Shown piece after piece: positions 34,837-43,377 of a stretch of 64,000 nt of DNA. The stretch comes from an uncultured Acidobacteriaceae bacterium. Lineage in GTDB: Bacteria; Acidobacteriota; Terriglobia; Terriglobales; Acidobacteriaceae. The stretch lies in the NCBI GenBank assembly GCA_964514735.1, contig CAZETZ010000006.1, forward strand, positions 5,467 through 69,466, in the 5' to 3' direction. The first letter of the stretch is position 1. Each line of letters begins with the position of its first letter. The notes below the pieces were generated by a model, which saw nothing but the letters and a program-made list of their open reading frames with translations, was not told the DNA's origin and made no database searches. The translations under genes and the position numbers were made by a program.

Positions 34837-35226
34837 ATGCAAAACCAAAGCAAACATCAGAGTGGTATCGAACAATTTCGCAAGGGCGCTTACGGCGATG
34901 CCTTGCACCTGCTCAGCGAAGCCCTGCTGGAACAGGAAACCTGTGAACTATGGAACGATTGGGCGACGGCCCAAGCGGCTTGCGGACAGATGGAAGAAGC
35001 CAAAAAAGGATATCAGCGCGCGCTGCAACTGAATGTCAACGACAGTCAAAGCGCCGCCAACCTGGGTGTGCTGTTGTATGGTGAAGGAAAAATCAGCCAG
35101 GCAGTCCCCTTACTGGAAAGAAGCCTCGACGGGCTGGATGCAGCGCAACGCAAGCTCGTACTTGAGTTGCTGGAGCAGTCCGGAAAACATCCCGCAGCCA
35201 TCCACCGTCGGGCCGCGGGAAGTTAA
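34837..35226 (+). CDS. small TPR-repeat protein (about 130 aa)
   Basis: It has TPR-like repeats (YGDALHLLSEAL..., EEAKKGYQRALQLNVNDSQSAANLGVLLYGEGKISQAVPLLERSL). ATG 34837 has AGGA upstream, and an alternative GTG at 34819 overlaps the flgL stop. Confidence 0.6.
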   Translation: MQNQSKHQSGIEQFRKGAYGDALHLLSEALLEQETCELWNDWATAQAACGQMEEAKKGYQRALQLNVNDSQSAANLGVLLYGEGKISQAVPLLERSLDGLDAAQRKLVLELLEQSGKHPAAIHRRAAGS

Positions 35227-35591
35227 CGGCGACGCAGCATTTCCTGGGTTTGGACCCAGCCACTGGCCGCTTGCAGGTGAGCGCGATCGCGCTCGAGGCG
35301 CGCCTTTTCAGCGGCATAGCGTGCCTGCAATCCCGGCAACAGGAAGGCGAGATTTTCCAGGTGCTTCCGGTATTCTGCCCACGCCTCCGCCAACGAGGCA
35401 TCGCCGCTGTCGGATTTTGCCGCACGCAGTTGTTCCATCTTTCGCAATTCCGACGACAGGCGCAGCAGGTCGGCCGCTACAATTCGCAGTGGACCGGATT
35501 CCTGCTCCTGCGCCAATCTCAAGAAATGGGACAACTTGCGGTTCGTTTCCTGCACTTGTTGCAACCCGACAGGCGCCACTAGATGCTCCAA
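35223..35591 (-). CDS. helical 122-aa protein in the FliT position (after fliS)
   Basis: TTG start overlapping the fliS end. Codon usage looks coding. Synteny is fliD-fliS-X. I recognise no sequence motif. Confidence 0.4.
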   Translation of the reverse strand: MEHLVAPVGLQQVQETNRKLSHFLRLAQEQESGPLRIVAADLLRLSSELRKMEQLRAAKSDSGDASLAEAWAEYRKHLENLAFLLPGLQARYAAEKARLERDRAHLQAASGWVQTQEMLRRR

Positions 35592-36028
35592 CGCAGGGTT
35601 TTCTCAGGGGAGGGTTGCAGTACGGGGGTGGACGATGCGGGCAGTCCGGCGGCGCCTTGGGCCGAACGTTCCACTTGCACCCAGGCTTCACGCAACTCCA
35701 AAAGGATTTCAATTTGCCTGCGTAATTCCGCCGGCAAGACCCGTATCTGGGCCTGTAACAGGGAAACACGCAACGAGTAGTAGTAGTTGTCGAGGTTTCT
35801 GGCGACTTCCCCGCCCTGCTGCATATCCAATGTTCCCTGCAACTGGCCGACCACTCTCAAGGCGTGATCGAGCTCGTTGGTGCGGCGGGCCACGTCTTTT
35901 TTTTCCATGGCGGCAACGGCGCGCTGCAAGTCCTGGATGAGTTGTTCATAAAGCAGGATCACCAGCCGTATCGGCCCGGCGCTGTGTCCGTCGGTGCGGC
36001 GGTAGGCGGAGGATGCGTCCAGGGTCAT
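35579..36028 (-). CDS. fliS: flagellin-specific chaperone FliS
   Basis: Motifs are PIRLVILLYEQLIQDLQRA and ALRVVGQLQGTLDMQQGGEVARNLDNYYYSL. Confidence 0.9.
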   Translation of the reverse strand: MTLDASSAYRRTDGHSAGPIRLVILLYEQLIQDLQRAVAAMEKKDVARRTNELDHALRVVGQLQGTLDMQQGGEVARNLDNYYYSLRVSLLQAQIRVLPAELRRQIEILLELREAWVQVERSAQGAAGLPASSTPVLQPSPEKTLRWSI

Positions 36029-37647
36029 TTCGGCAGCGCTCCGAGTTCACTGGCGATCTGGCTCTGGATTAACGGCAACTGCTCCAGCGCAGCATTGACC
36101 TGGCTGAACTTGGTTATGAGTTGTTGCTGTGTGATGGCGAGCCGGTCTTCGAAATCGTTGATCTGCGCGCTCAATCCCTTGTCTGTGGTGGTGTTCTGGC
36201 TGAGTTCCAGGTTGATGAGCCCTTGGGTCGGATCGGTCAGGTTCGAAAGGTTGGCGCTAAGGGTCTGGGCGAACCCTTGGTTTGCCGGGTCCAGAGATTG
36301 AAAGAAGTTTTGGAAATCGGCGTTCTGCGCAATCGCCGGGTTGAGCTTGGTGGGATCCACGCTTAAGGTTCCGTCATTGGCAAGGTCTACGCCGATGGAT
36401 GCCAGGTTCACCAGCCCATTATTGCCGCTGATCGCATCAGTGATGCCGGTAAGCAGGCTCGACTGCAAAAGCCGCAGCGAACCGTTGGACTCTAGAGGCG
36501 GCGCGGAGGTGCCGTCCGAGGGCACGGAAAATTGTGCGTTGATGGACCCGATCAGTTGGTTGTAACTGGAGACAAAGTCGTTTACCGCCTGCGCGGCCTG
36601 GTTACTGTCGGGGGAGACATTGAGATGGATCTCTTCCTGCGAAGTATCACTGAGCAGATTGAGGGTGACACCAGGGACCACGCCAGTGACCGTATTACTG
36701 CTGCTGCTGACCGGAATGCCGTCGACGTTGAGGGACGCATTGGCCCCCGCGATCTGGTGGAACGTCAGCGGCGGGGCCGTGGTCGCGACCGTGAAGGTAT
36801 CGCCGGCTTGGAAATCTGTGTTACCGGCGGAGAGGGTGAAACCGATCTTTCCCGATGAAAAAGGCGTTCCGACGGTGGCGCTCCCCAAGGCTCCAGAGAC
36901 CGACCCGGTCACGGCGAAGTGAGTAGCGTCGGTTGCCGAGATGGTGATGGTCTCATTCGCGCTCGAAGTGCCTCCGCTCAGAGCTGAGATGGCGCCATCT
37001 CCCGTACCCGTATAAGAAGGAGTGCCGGCAGCGCCGCTCACCGTCAACGTAATGCTACCGGGTTGGCCGGTAGTATTGCTGACCAAGGCCAGACGCGAGC
37101 CGTTGGCATCATTAATGACGCTGGCGCTCACCCCAAGGTCATGGCTGTTGATATAAGAGGCCAGGCTGCTCAGGGTGTTGTTCCCAGGGCCGATGGTGAC
37201 CGAAGCGGCCTGGCCGTTGCCTACCTGCAAAGTAATCGTGCCCGGATTTAATGTGCCATTGGTCGGAACTACGTCGGTGTAGGCCGACGAGGTAGTGGCC
37301 AGATTGTGGATGACCACCACATGGTTCCCCGCCGTGGCAGTGGTCTGCGCGGTTGCGGCGAGCAAGCTTGGGTTCGATGAGACTGCGGCCTTGGCGGTAA
37401 GAGCGCCCAGCGGGTCCTTCAAAGCGCGGACCGTATCGGCAAAGCTACTCAGGTTGGCGTTGATCGCAGTCAACGCCGCGGCCTGGCTCGCTAGAGTGGA
37501 CCGTTGTCCTACCCAGACTTGTTCCGGGGCCCGGGCCGCGCCGATCAGCTGGCTGACGACGGAGTTGACGTCAATTCCCTGCCCCAGCCCTGAAGTGCTG
37601 GTTGAGTTATTCGGGCTTAGATTAAAACTGATTCCGGAACTTCCCAT
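36025..37647 (-). CDS. fliD: filament cap protein FliD
   Basis: The N-terminus reads GIDVNSVVSQLIGAARAPE and the C-terminus LSAQINDFEDRLAITQQQLITKFSQVNAALEQL. The IN motif reads LSSLASYINSHDLGVSASVINDANGSRLALVS. Confidence 0.9.
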   Translation of the reverse strand: MGSSGISFNLSPNNSTSTSGLGQGIDVNSVVSQLIGAARAPEQVWVGQRSTLASQAAALTAINANLSSFADTVRALKDPLGALTAKAAVSSNPSLLAATAQTTATAGNHVVVIHNLATTSSAYTDVVPTNGTLNPGTITLQVGNGQAASVTIGPGNNTLSSLASYINSHDLGVSASVINDANGSRLALVSNTTGQPGSITLTVSGAAGTPSYTGTGDGAISALSGGTSSANETITISATDATHFAVTGSVSGALGSATVGTPFSSGKIGFTLSAGNTDFQAGDTFTVATTAPPLTFHQIAGANASLNVDGIPVSSSSNTVTGVVPGVTLNLLSDTSQEEIHLNVSPDSNQAAQAVNDFVSSYNQLIGSINAQFSVPSDGTSAPPLESNGSLRLLQSSLLTGITDAISGNNGLVNLASIGVDLANDGTLSVDPTKLNPAIAQNADFQNFFQSLDPANQGFAQTLSANLSNLTDPTQGLINLELSQNTTTDKGLSAQINDFEDRLAITQQQLITKFSQVNAALEQLPLIQSQIASELGALPK

Positions 37648-37662
37648 ATTTTCCTGTGAAGC

Positions 37663-38007
37663 CTACAGGGCCACTTTCAATTTCTGCTCCGACTCGTGAA
37701 GAAGGTCTTCGATATTGCGCATGATGCGCAGGATTTCTTCCGGCGGGACCTGCCGTACAACCGTTCCATTCGCGGGGTCGGTGAAACGGTAGATCACATT
37801 TTGTTTATCGTCCAAAGTCACATTGAGTTGACTGGGCTGCGGAATTGCGGCTGGGGTCGCTTTCGAAGCCGCGGCTTCGGCCGGTGGAAAGTCCCGGCCT
37901 ACCACAGGATCGGGCGCGGCTTCGGCTTTTCGTTGAACCGAGCCGGTCTGTGCAGCTACGTTTCCCAGGTCCGCCAGGGTCGTGGCTTGGGTGAAATCGA
38001 TACGCAT
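37663..38007 (-). CDS. flaG: FlaG family protein
   Basis: LNVTLDDKQNVIYRFTDPANGTVVRQVPPEEILRIMRNI is a typical FlaG C-terminus. It lies between the flagellin genes and fliD. Confidence 0.8.
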   Translation of the reverse strand: MRIDFTQATTLADLGNVAAQTGSVQRKAEAAPDPVVGRDFPPAEAAASKATPAAIPQPSQLNVTLDDKQNVIYRFTDPANGTVVRQVPPEEILRIMRNIEDLLHESEQKLKVAL

Positions 38008-38031
38008 ACTAGGGCCCCTAACTGCAATTCA

Positions 38032-38058
38032 GTGCGGGGTGTTTGGCGCACCCCGCAC
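38032..38058 (-). terminator. perfect 10-bp hairpin between fliC-1 and flaG (terminator or attenuator candidate)
   Basis: gtgcggggtg (38032-38041), loop tttggcg, then caccccgcac (38049-38058). No clear U-tract follows on the minus strand. Confidence 0.4.
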
Positions 38059-38069
38059 GCAAGCGACTC

Positions 38070-39938
38070 CTACCGCAGAAGCGCAAGCACCTGCTGTTGA
38101 GTTTGGTTGGCCTGGGCCAGCGCGGAAATACCGGTCTGGTTCAGGATGGAGAACTTGGTCAAGTTCGCCACTTCTTGCGCGATGTCGGCGGAACGAATGC
38201 CGTCTTCGGCGGCGGTCAGGTTCTGCGTCTGGTTATTGATGACGTTGACGGCGCTCTGTAGGCGGTTGATGCCCGCGCCCAGGTCGCCGCGGATCGCGGC
38301 CACGTTGGCGACCGCCTGGTTGACATCGGTCAGCGCTTTTTTGGCGTTGGCGATGGCGGCTGTGTCATCCGCCCCAGTCAATGCGTCTCCCGCGATGCTG
38401 ACGTGGGAAGCCCCATGGTCGATGTTGGCTGCACCCAATCCACCAACTCCAACCGAGATGGTGCTGGCTCCGCCGCTGGTCGAATCGCTGAGGAAAATGT
38501 CAGTGGTGGTGGAACCGGTGGTCAGCGGATTGCTTAAAGTGCCGAGGACGGTTTCGGTGGTGGTGCTATCCACGGCGACATTGCCGTTCTTGGCCGGATC
38601 GACGATCACCAGGTGGCCATTGGTGGCGCCACTGGTACCGATATAAGCCTGCAAACCGGCAGCATCGGCAGGATTGTTGATGGCAGCCAGCAGGTCCCCG
38701 ATGGTCGATGCTCCGCCCGCGGTGAAGCTAAAGTTCTTGCCCCCGGCGTTGACACTAAAGATTGCGCCGTTGGTGAGGGCCGTAGCCGAGGTCAAGCTTC
38801 CCGTATTACCCACCAGTTGGTTGGTATCGGTAGTGGTACCGGCAATGGTCGGATTGGAAAACGATGTGGGTGCGCCCTGGACAGCCGCGCCCAGCACTGT
38901 GTCGGTGGTGCTTACGGTGAGATTGCCTCTGCCCTGCGGATCGGTGATCTGTAGAACACCGGCATTGAGGACAGCTTTCGCGCCCACAGTGGCGTCCGCG
39001 TTGATGGCGTTGACCAGGTCCTGCACGGTAGAACCCGACGCGTGAGTTTCGGTCGCCGCCGCGCCGGTGAGAATATCGCCGCCGGTAACCGCCAGGTTGC
39101 CATGCGAGGCGGTATCGATGATCTCAACCTGTCCGGTGGACAACAACTTCGCCTTGAGGCCGGTCAGCGCGCCGCCAGCGACTGTAAGGCCTGCCGCAGG
39201 GGTGCCGCCGTTAATGGCGTCGACCAGGTTTTGCACGGTGTTGGTGGTGCCGGCGCCGGTGGCAATTGTCGAGGTCAAGCTGCCATGCACGATGGTCAGG
39301 GTTTTGCTCGAGGTCAGAGTGGTGGCGCCGGTATACGGGCCGCCGCCGGAGCTGACCGTCGCATTGGGATTGGTGATGCCTGCCGTGGTGGCAGCGGTGA
39401 AGGTAAAAGTCGCCGTCCCGGAGGTGATGGTCAATTTCTGACCCACTGTCAAGGGGTCGGCCGCGCTTAAAGTCGTTCCATTGGGAGTGTCCTGTTCGTT
39501 CAAGTTCGGCGCCGTCGCGCTTTGGAACACAGCCGTACCGTTGAATGTGGTCTTGCCGCCAATGCGATCAATTTCAGCCTTGATGGCGGAAAATTCGGCA
39601 TCCAGCGCGCCACGTTGCGACTGCGAAACTGTACCGGTCGCGGCTTCCGTAGCCAGCGTGACTGCGCGGTTGAGCAGGGTCGTCACCTGGGCCAGCGCGC
39701 CGTCGGCCACTTGCAATTTGCCGACTCCGTCATTCGCGTTGCGGGAGGATTGTGTCAAAGCGGTAATGTTGGCGTGCAATCCATCCGCGATGGCCAGACC
39801 TGCGGCGTCGTCGGCTCCGGTGTTGATGCGCGATCCGGAAGAGAGACGGAAGAGGGTTTTCGATAGACCGGCACCTGTGATGGTCAGATTGTTCTGAGCA
39901 GCCAGGGACGGAATATTATTCAGGATACTAAGTGCCAT
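38070..39938 (-). CDS. fliC: flagellin (622 aa from ATG 39938)
   Basis: The N-terminus reads MALSILNNIPSLAAQNNLTIT...FRLSSGSRINTGADDAAGLAIADGL and the C-terminus NLTAAEDGIRSADIAQEVANLTKFSILNQTGISALAQANQTQQQVLALLR. Confidence 0.93.
   Translation of the reverse strand: MALSILNNIPSLAAQNNLTITGAGLSKTLFRLSSGSRINTGADDAAGLAIADGLHANITALTQSSRNANDGVGKLQVADGALAQVTTLLNRAVTLATEAATGTVSQSQRGALDAEFSAIKAEIDRIGGKTTFNGTAVFQSATAPNLNEQDTPNGTTLSAADPLTVGQKLTITSGTATFTFTAATTAGITNPNATVSSGGGPYTGATTLTSSKTLTIVHGSLTSTIATGAGTTNTVQNLVDAINGGTPAAGLTVAGGALTGLKAKLLSTGQVEIIDTASHGNLAVTGGDILTGAAATETHASGSTVQDLVNAINADATVGAKAVLNAGVLQITDPQGRGNLTVSTTDTVLGAAVQGAPTSFSNPTIAGTTTDTNQLVGNTGSLTSATALTNGAIFSVNAGGKNFSFTAGGASTIGDLLAAINNPADAAGLQAYIGTSGATNGHLVIVDPAKNGNVAVDSTTTETVLGTLSNPLTTGSTTTDIFLSDSTSGGASTISVGVGGLGAANIDHGASHVSIAGDALTGADDTAAIANAKKALTDVNQAVANVAAIRGDLGAGINRLQSAVNVINNQTQNLTAAEDGIRSADIAQEVANLTKFSILNQTGISALAQANQTQQQVLALLR
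38098..38291. repeat. 194-nt block matching 40177-40370 (3' ends of the two flagellin genes)
   Basis: The same sequence is read at an offset of 2079 nt. The antisense ORF translations (38107.. and 40186..) are identical for 62 codons. Confidence 0.85.
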
Positions 39939-40051
39939 TAGAGTTGCTCCTTGTTGGGGTTTGGTCCCGTCTCCTAGAACCCGCCTCCACAATCACTGGG
40001 GGAGCTGTTCTTTCTTGCCTACACGGAACCTTGCTTTGCCCATCACCACAG

Positions 40052-40078
40052 GCATCGGCAGATCGTAATGAGGCTTTA
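40052..40078 (-). promoter_or_regulatory. sigma-28 promoter for fliC-1 (TAAA-N15-GCCGATGC on the minus strand)
   Basis: The reverse complement of 40052-40078 is taaa gcctcattacgatct gccgatgc. It lies about 115 nt upstream of ATG 39938. Confidence 0.6.
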
Positions 40079-40148
40079 GTTTGCCTAGTCGAAAATGCCC
40101 AGTACCTACGTAACAGACGGTTTTATTACCCCTTTGAGGAACTCGTTC

Positions 40149-42008
40149 TCATCGCAGTAATGCCAGAACCTGCTGCTGAGTTTGGTTGGCCTGGGCCAGC
40201 GCGGAAATACCGGTCTGGTTCAGGATGGAGAACTTGGTCAAGTTCGCCACTTCTTGCGCGATGTCGGCGGAACGAATGCCGTCTTCGGCGGCGGTCAGGT
40301 TCTGCGTCTGGTTATTGATGACGTTGACGGCGCTCTGTAGGCGGTTGATGCCCGCGCCCAGGTCGCCGCGAATGGCGGCGATGTTGGCGACCGCCTGGTT
40401 CACATCGGTCAGCGCTTTTTTGGCGTTGGCGATCGATGCGGCGTCGTCGGCGCCCACCAGCGAATCCCCAGCGATGCTGACGTGGGAAGCTCCGTGGTCC
40501 AGATTGGCGGAACTCAGTCCGGGAACACCGACTGAAATCGTGCTGGCGCCGCCGGCCGTGGAGTCACTGAGGAAAATGTCAGTGGTCGCGGAACCGTTTG
40601 TGAGCGGATTACTCACCGTTCCAAATATGGTTTCGGTGGTTGTGCCGTCAATGGCCAGATTGCCATTCTTGCCAGGGTCAACAATAACCAGTTTTCCATT
40701 GGAGGAGCCGATCGTGCCGATATAAGCCTGCAACCCAGCCGGATCGGCGGGATTGTTAATGGCGGCAAGCAGGTCTCCTAAGGTCGAAGTGGGCCCGGCG
40801 GTGAAAGTGAACTTCTTGCCGCCCGCGTTGAAGCTGGTGATCGCGCCATTCGTAAGTGCGGTCCCTGAGGTCAGACCCGTAGCATTCCCCACCAGTTGAT
40901 TGACATCGGTGGTCGTACCGGAACTGGTTGGGTTGGTGAATGGAGTTGGAGCACCTTGGACCGCAGCTCCCAGCGCGGCGTCGGTAGTGCTGACGGTCAG
41001 GTTGCCGCGGCCCTGGGGGTCGGTAATTTTCAGGGCGCCGCCGGTCAGAACTGCCTTGGCCCCGACCACGGTGTCGGCGTTGATGGCGTTGATTAGATCT
41101 TGCACGGTTGAGGTGGCCGGCGAGTTGTTGAAGCTGGTGGTGCCGGCATTAATAATGTTGAAGCCGGTCACCGTGAGGTTTCCGCTCGCGCCCGTGTCCA
41201 CGATTTGAATTTGCCCACCCACCAGCGAGGCCTTCAGACCGGTGGTGGCGCCGGTCGTGGTGATTCCGGCGACGGTGGCGCCATTGATGGCGTTGATCAG
41301 GTCCTGGACCGTGTTCGTGGTGCCTGCGCCGGTGGCAAAGGTAGTGGTGACGCCGCCGCGCGCTACCGTCAGAGTCTTACTCGAGACCAGGGTGCCGGTT
41401 GGGGTCAATGCCGCGCCGGCGCTGATGGCGGAATTCGGGTTGATGCCTGTCCCCGTGGCGGCGGTGAAAGTAAAAGTCGAGGCCCCGGAAGTAATGGTGG
41501 TCTTCTGGCCGACTGTCAGCGGATCACTCGGACTCAGGTTCGTCACCGCGGCAGGACTGTCCTGCTCATTGAGGTTGGGCGCGGTGGCGCTCACAAATAC
41601 CGCCGTGCCGTTGAAGGTGGTTTTGCCGCCAATGCGGTCGATTTCCGCCTTGATGGCGGAAAACTCGGCGTCGAGTGCCTCGCGCTGGGACTGCGAAACG
41701 GTCCCGGTTGCGGCTTCAGTCGCCAGGGTGATGGCCCGGTCCAGCAACGTCGTAACTTGCCCGAGAGCGCCGTCGGCAACTTGCAGCTTACCCACGCCGT
41801 CATTGGCGTTGCGCGACGACTGAGTCAGGGCGGTGATGTTGGCGTGCAAGCCGTCCGCGATGGCCAGACCGGCGGCGTCATCGGCTCCGGTATTAATGCG
41901 TGAGCCGGAAGAGAGGCGGAATAGGGTCTTTTGCAAACCAGCCTGTGTGATGGTCAGGTTGTTCTGCGCGGCCAGGGATGGGATATTGTTCAGAATGCTT
42001 AATGACAT
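40149..42008 (-). CDS. fliC: flagellin (619 aa), tandem paralogue
   Basis: The N-terminus reads MSLSILNNIPSLAAQNNLTITQAGLQKTLFRLSSGSRINTGADDAAGLAIADGL. The C-terminal 60 aa or so are the same as in the first copy. Confidence 0.93.
   Translation of the reverse strand: MSLSILNNIPSLAAQNNLTITQAGLQKTLFRLSSGSRINTGADDAAGLAIADGLHANITALTQSSRNANDGVGKLQVADGALGQVTTLLDRAITLATEAATGTVSQSQREALDAEFSAIKAEIDRIGGKTTFNGTAVFVSATAPNLNEQDSPAAVTNLSPSDPLTVGQKTTITSGASTFTFTAATGTGINPNSAISAGAALTPTGTLVSSKTLTVARGGVTTTFATGAGTTNTVQDLINAINGATVAGITTTGATTGLKASLVGGQIQIVDTGASGNLTVTGFNIINAGTTSFNNSPATSTVQDLINAINADTVVGAKAVLTGGALKITDPQGRGNLTVSTTDAALGAAVQGAPTPFTNPTSSGTTTDVNQLVGNATGLTSGTALTNGAITSFNAGGKKFTFTAGPTSTLGDLLAAINNPADPAGLQAYIGTIGSSNGKLVIVDPGKNGNLAIDGTTTETIFGTVSNPLTNGSATTDIFLSDSTAGGASTISVGVPGLSSANLDHGASHVSIAGDSLVGADDAASIANAKKALTDVNQAVANIAAIRGDLGAGINRLQSAVNVINNQTQNLTAAEDGIRSADIAQEVANLTKFSILNQTGISALAQANQTQQQVLALLR
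40177..40370. repeat. second copy of the 194-nt identical flagellin 3' block
   Basis: See 38098-38291. Confidence 0.85.
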
Positions 42009-42288
42009 TTTGGGTGAGCCTCTCTATATGGTTTGGCCCTGGTCTACTTGGGAACGATCTCCAAATCATTGTTTGGAGGATGTGCCGGACTTTCCGAGAC
42101 CGGACCTTTATTTGCCTTCCACTACACGCATCGGCAGCCCAGAGGGCGCCATGTCCCTTCGAACAGTTACCCCGTACCTAAGTAATCGGGGGTGTGTTAC
42201 CGGAACCGAATTCACGTGTTTGGGCAGTTCTCCGATAGGAAGAGTGAGCACGGCTCGCAAGAACTTTGTGTGTCAACAAGGGCGCTGC

Positions 42289-42549
42289 ATGGTGCAACTG
42301 ACTCGCCTCAATAACCAACTGGTGATGGTGAACACGGACTTGATCAAGTTTGTGGAGCAGTCTCCGGATACGCTGATCACACTGGTGAATGGGGAGAAGT
42401 TCATGGTACGGGAAACCGCCGAGGAGATTGTCAGGCGGATCGTCGAATACCGGCGACTCTTGCTGCAAGGAGCTTCTCCCGTCTGGCAACCTGTCGAGGT
42501 CCAGCCCTTGACGGCAGCGGTTGCGGCAGGAAGGCATAGTAAGGAGTAA
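42289..42549 (+). CDS. flbD: flagellar protein FlbD
   Basis: MVQLTRLNNQLVMVNTDLIKFVEQSPDTLITLVNGEKFMVRETAEEIVRRIVEYRR matches the FlbD pattern. It sits directly before motA. Confidence 0.85.
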   Translation: MVQLTRLNNQLVMVNTDLIKFVEQSPDTLITLVNGEKFMVRETAEEIVRRIVEYRRLLLQGASPVWQPVEVQPLTAAVAAGRHSKE

Positions 42550-42555
42550 GGTGCG

Positions 42556-43377
42556 GTGGATAAAGCCACATGGGGCGGAATTTTCCTGGCAATTGGTGGG
42601 ATTGTGGCAGGGCTGCTGCTGGAAGGGGGAAATCTTTCCCAGGTGCTGCAACCGACCGCCGCCATGATTGTGTTCGGCGGAACTTTGGGCGCCGTGCTCA
42701 TTCAATTCCCACTGGGAGTTGTGCTCGATGCATTTCAGCGCCTGGCGCATGTATTTTTTGAGCCCAGGAACAATCCTCAGGACATTGTGGACCAACTGGT
42801 GAAGTATGCCTATCAGGCACGCCGCGCCGGGGTCATTTCCCTGGACACGGAGTTGGAAAAGATTCAGGACCCGTTTCTGAAGAAGTCTCTCATGTTGGCT
42901 GTGGATGGGACCGAACCCCAGGAACTCCGCAAGATGATGGAACTCGAAATTGACAACCAGGCCGAACATGACGAGAAAGTCCCGCATGTTTTCGAATCTG
43001 CGGGAGGGTTCGCGCCTACCATCGGCATTATTGGGGCCGTGCTGGGATTGATCCAGGTCATGCAGCACCTGGACAAAATCGATGAGGTCGGGCGCGGGAT
43101 CGCGGTCGCCTTTGTGGCCACGATCTATGGCGTGGGTTCCGCCAATCTGTTCTTTCTGCCGGCGGCGGGGAAAATGAAGATCCGCTTGCAGGGCGAACAG
43201 AACATCCGCGAGATGACGCTGGAAGGCGTGATCTCGATCCTGGAGGGAATCAACCCCCGCATGCTGGAGGCCAAGCTGGTTGGGTTCTTCGCCCAGATGC
43301 AGCGTGCTCAAACCGAGGAACCGAGGGAGAAAAAAGGTGCGACGACGGAACAAATCGGAGCGCCCCGCGAGTCATGA
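42556..43377 (+). CDS. motA: stator protein MotA
   Basis: GTG start with AAGGAG 9 nt upstream. TM1 reads GGIFLAIGGIVAGLLLEGG. The motif PTIGIIGAVLGLIQVM...VAFVATIYGVGSANLFFLP is typical of MotA/ExbB. Confidence 0.9.
   Translation: MDKATWGGIFLAIGGIVAGLLLEGGNLSQVLQPTAAMIVFGGTLGAVLIQFPLGVVLDAFQRLAHVFFEPRNNPQDIVDQLVKYAYQARRAGVISLDTELEKIQDPFLKKSLMLAVDGTEPQELRKMMELEIDNQAEHDEKVPHVFESAGGFAPTIGIIGAVLGLIQVMQHLDKIDEVGRGIAVAFVATIYGVGSANLFFLPAAGKMKIRLQGEQNIREMTLEGVISILEGINPRMLEAKLVGFFAQMQRAQTEEPREKKGATTEQIGAPRES

Noticed and set aside
38107-38646. Pair of near-identical plus-strand ORFs (38107-38646 and 40186-40725) that could suggest a duplicated gene or a mobile element.
   Set aside because: They are antisense shadows of the conserved 3' ends of the two flagellin genes. 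The repeat is explained by the flagellin paralogy.
42231-42238. tccgatag, a sigma-28 -10-like element upstream of flbD-motAB.
   Set aside because: No TAAA-like -35 is found at 15-16 nt (TCAC/TTCA), so it is too weak to call.
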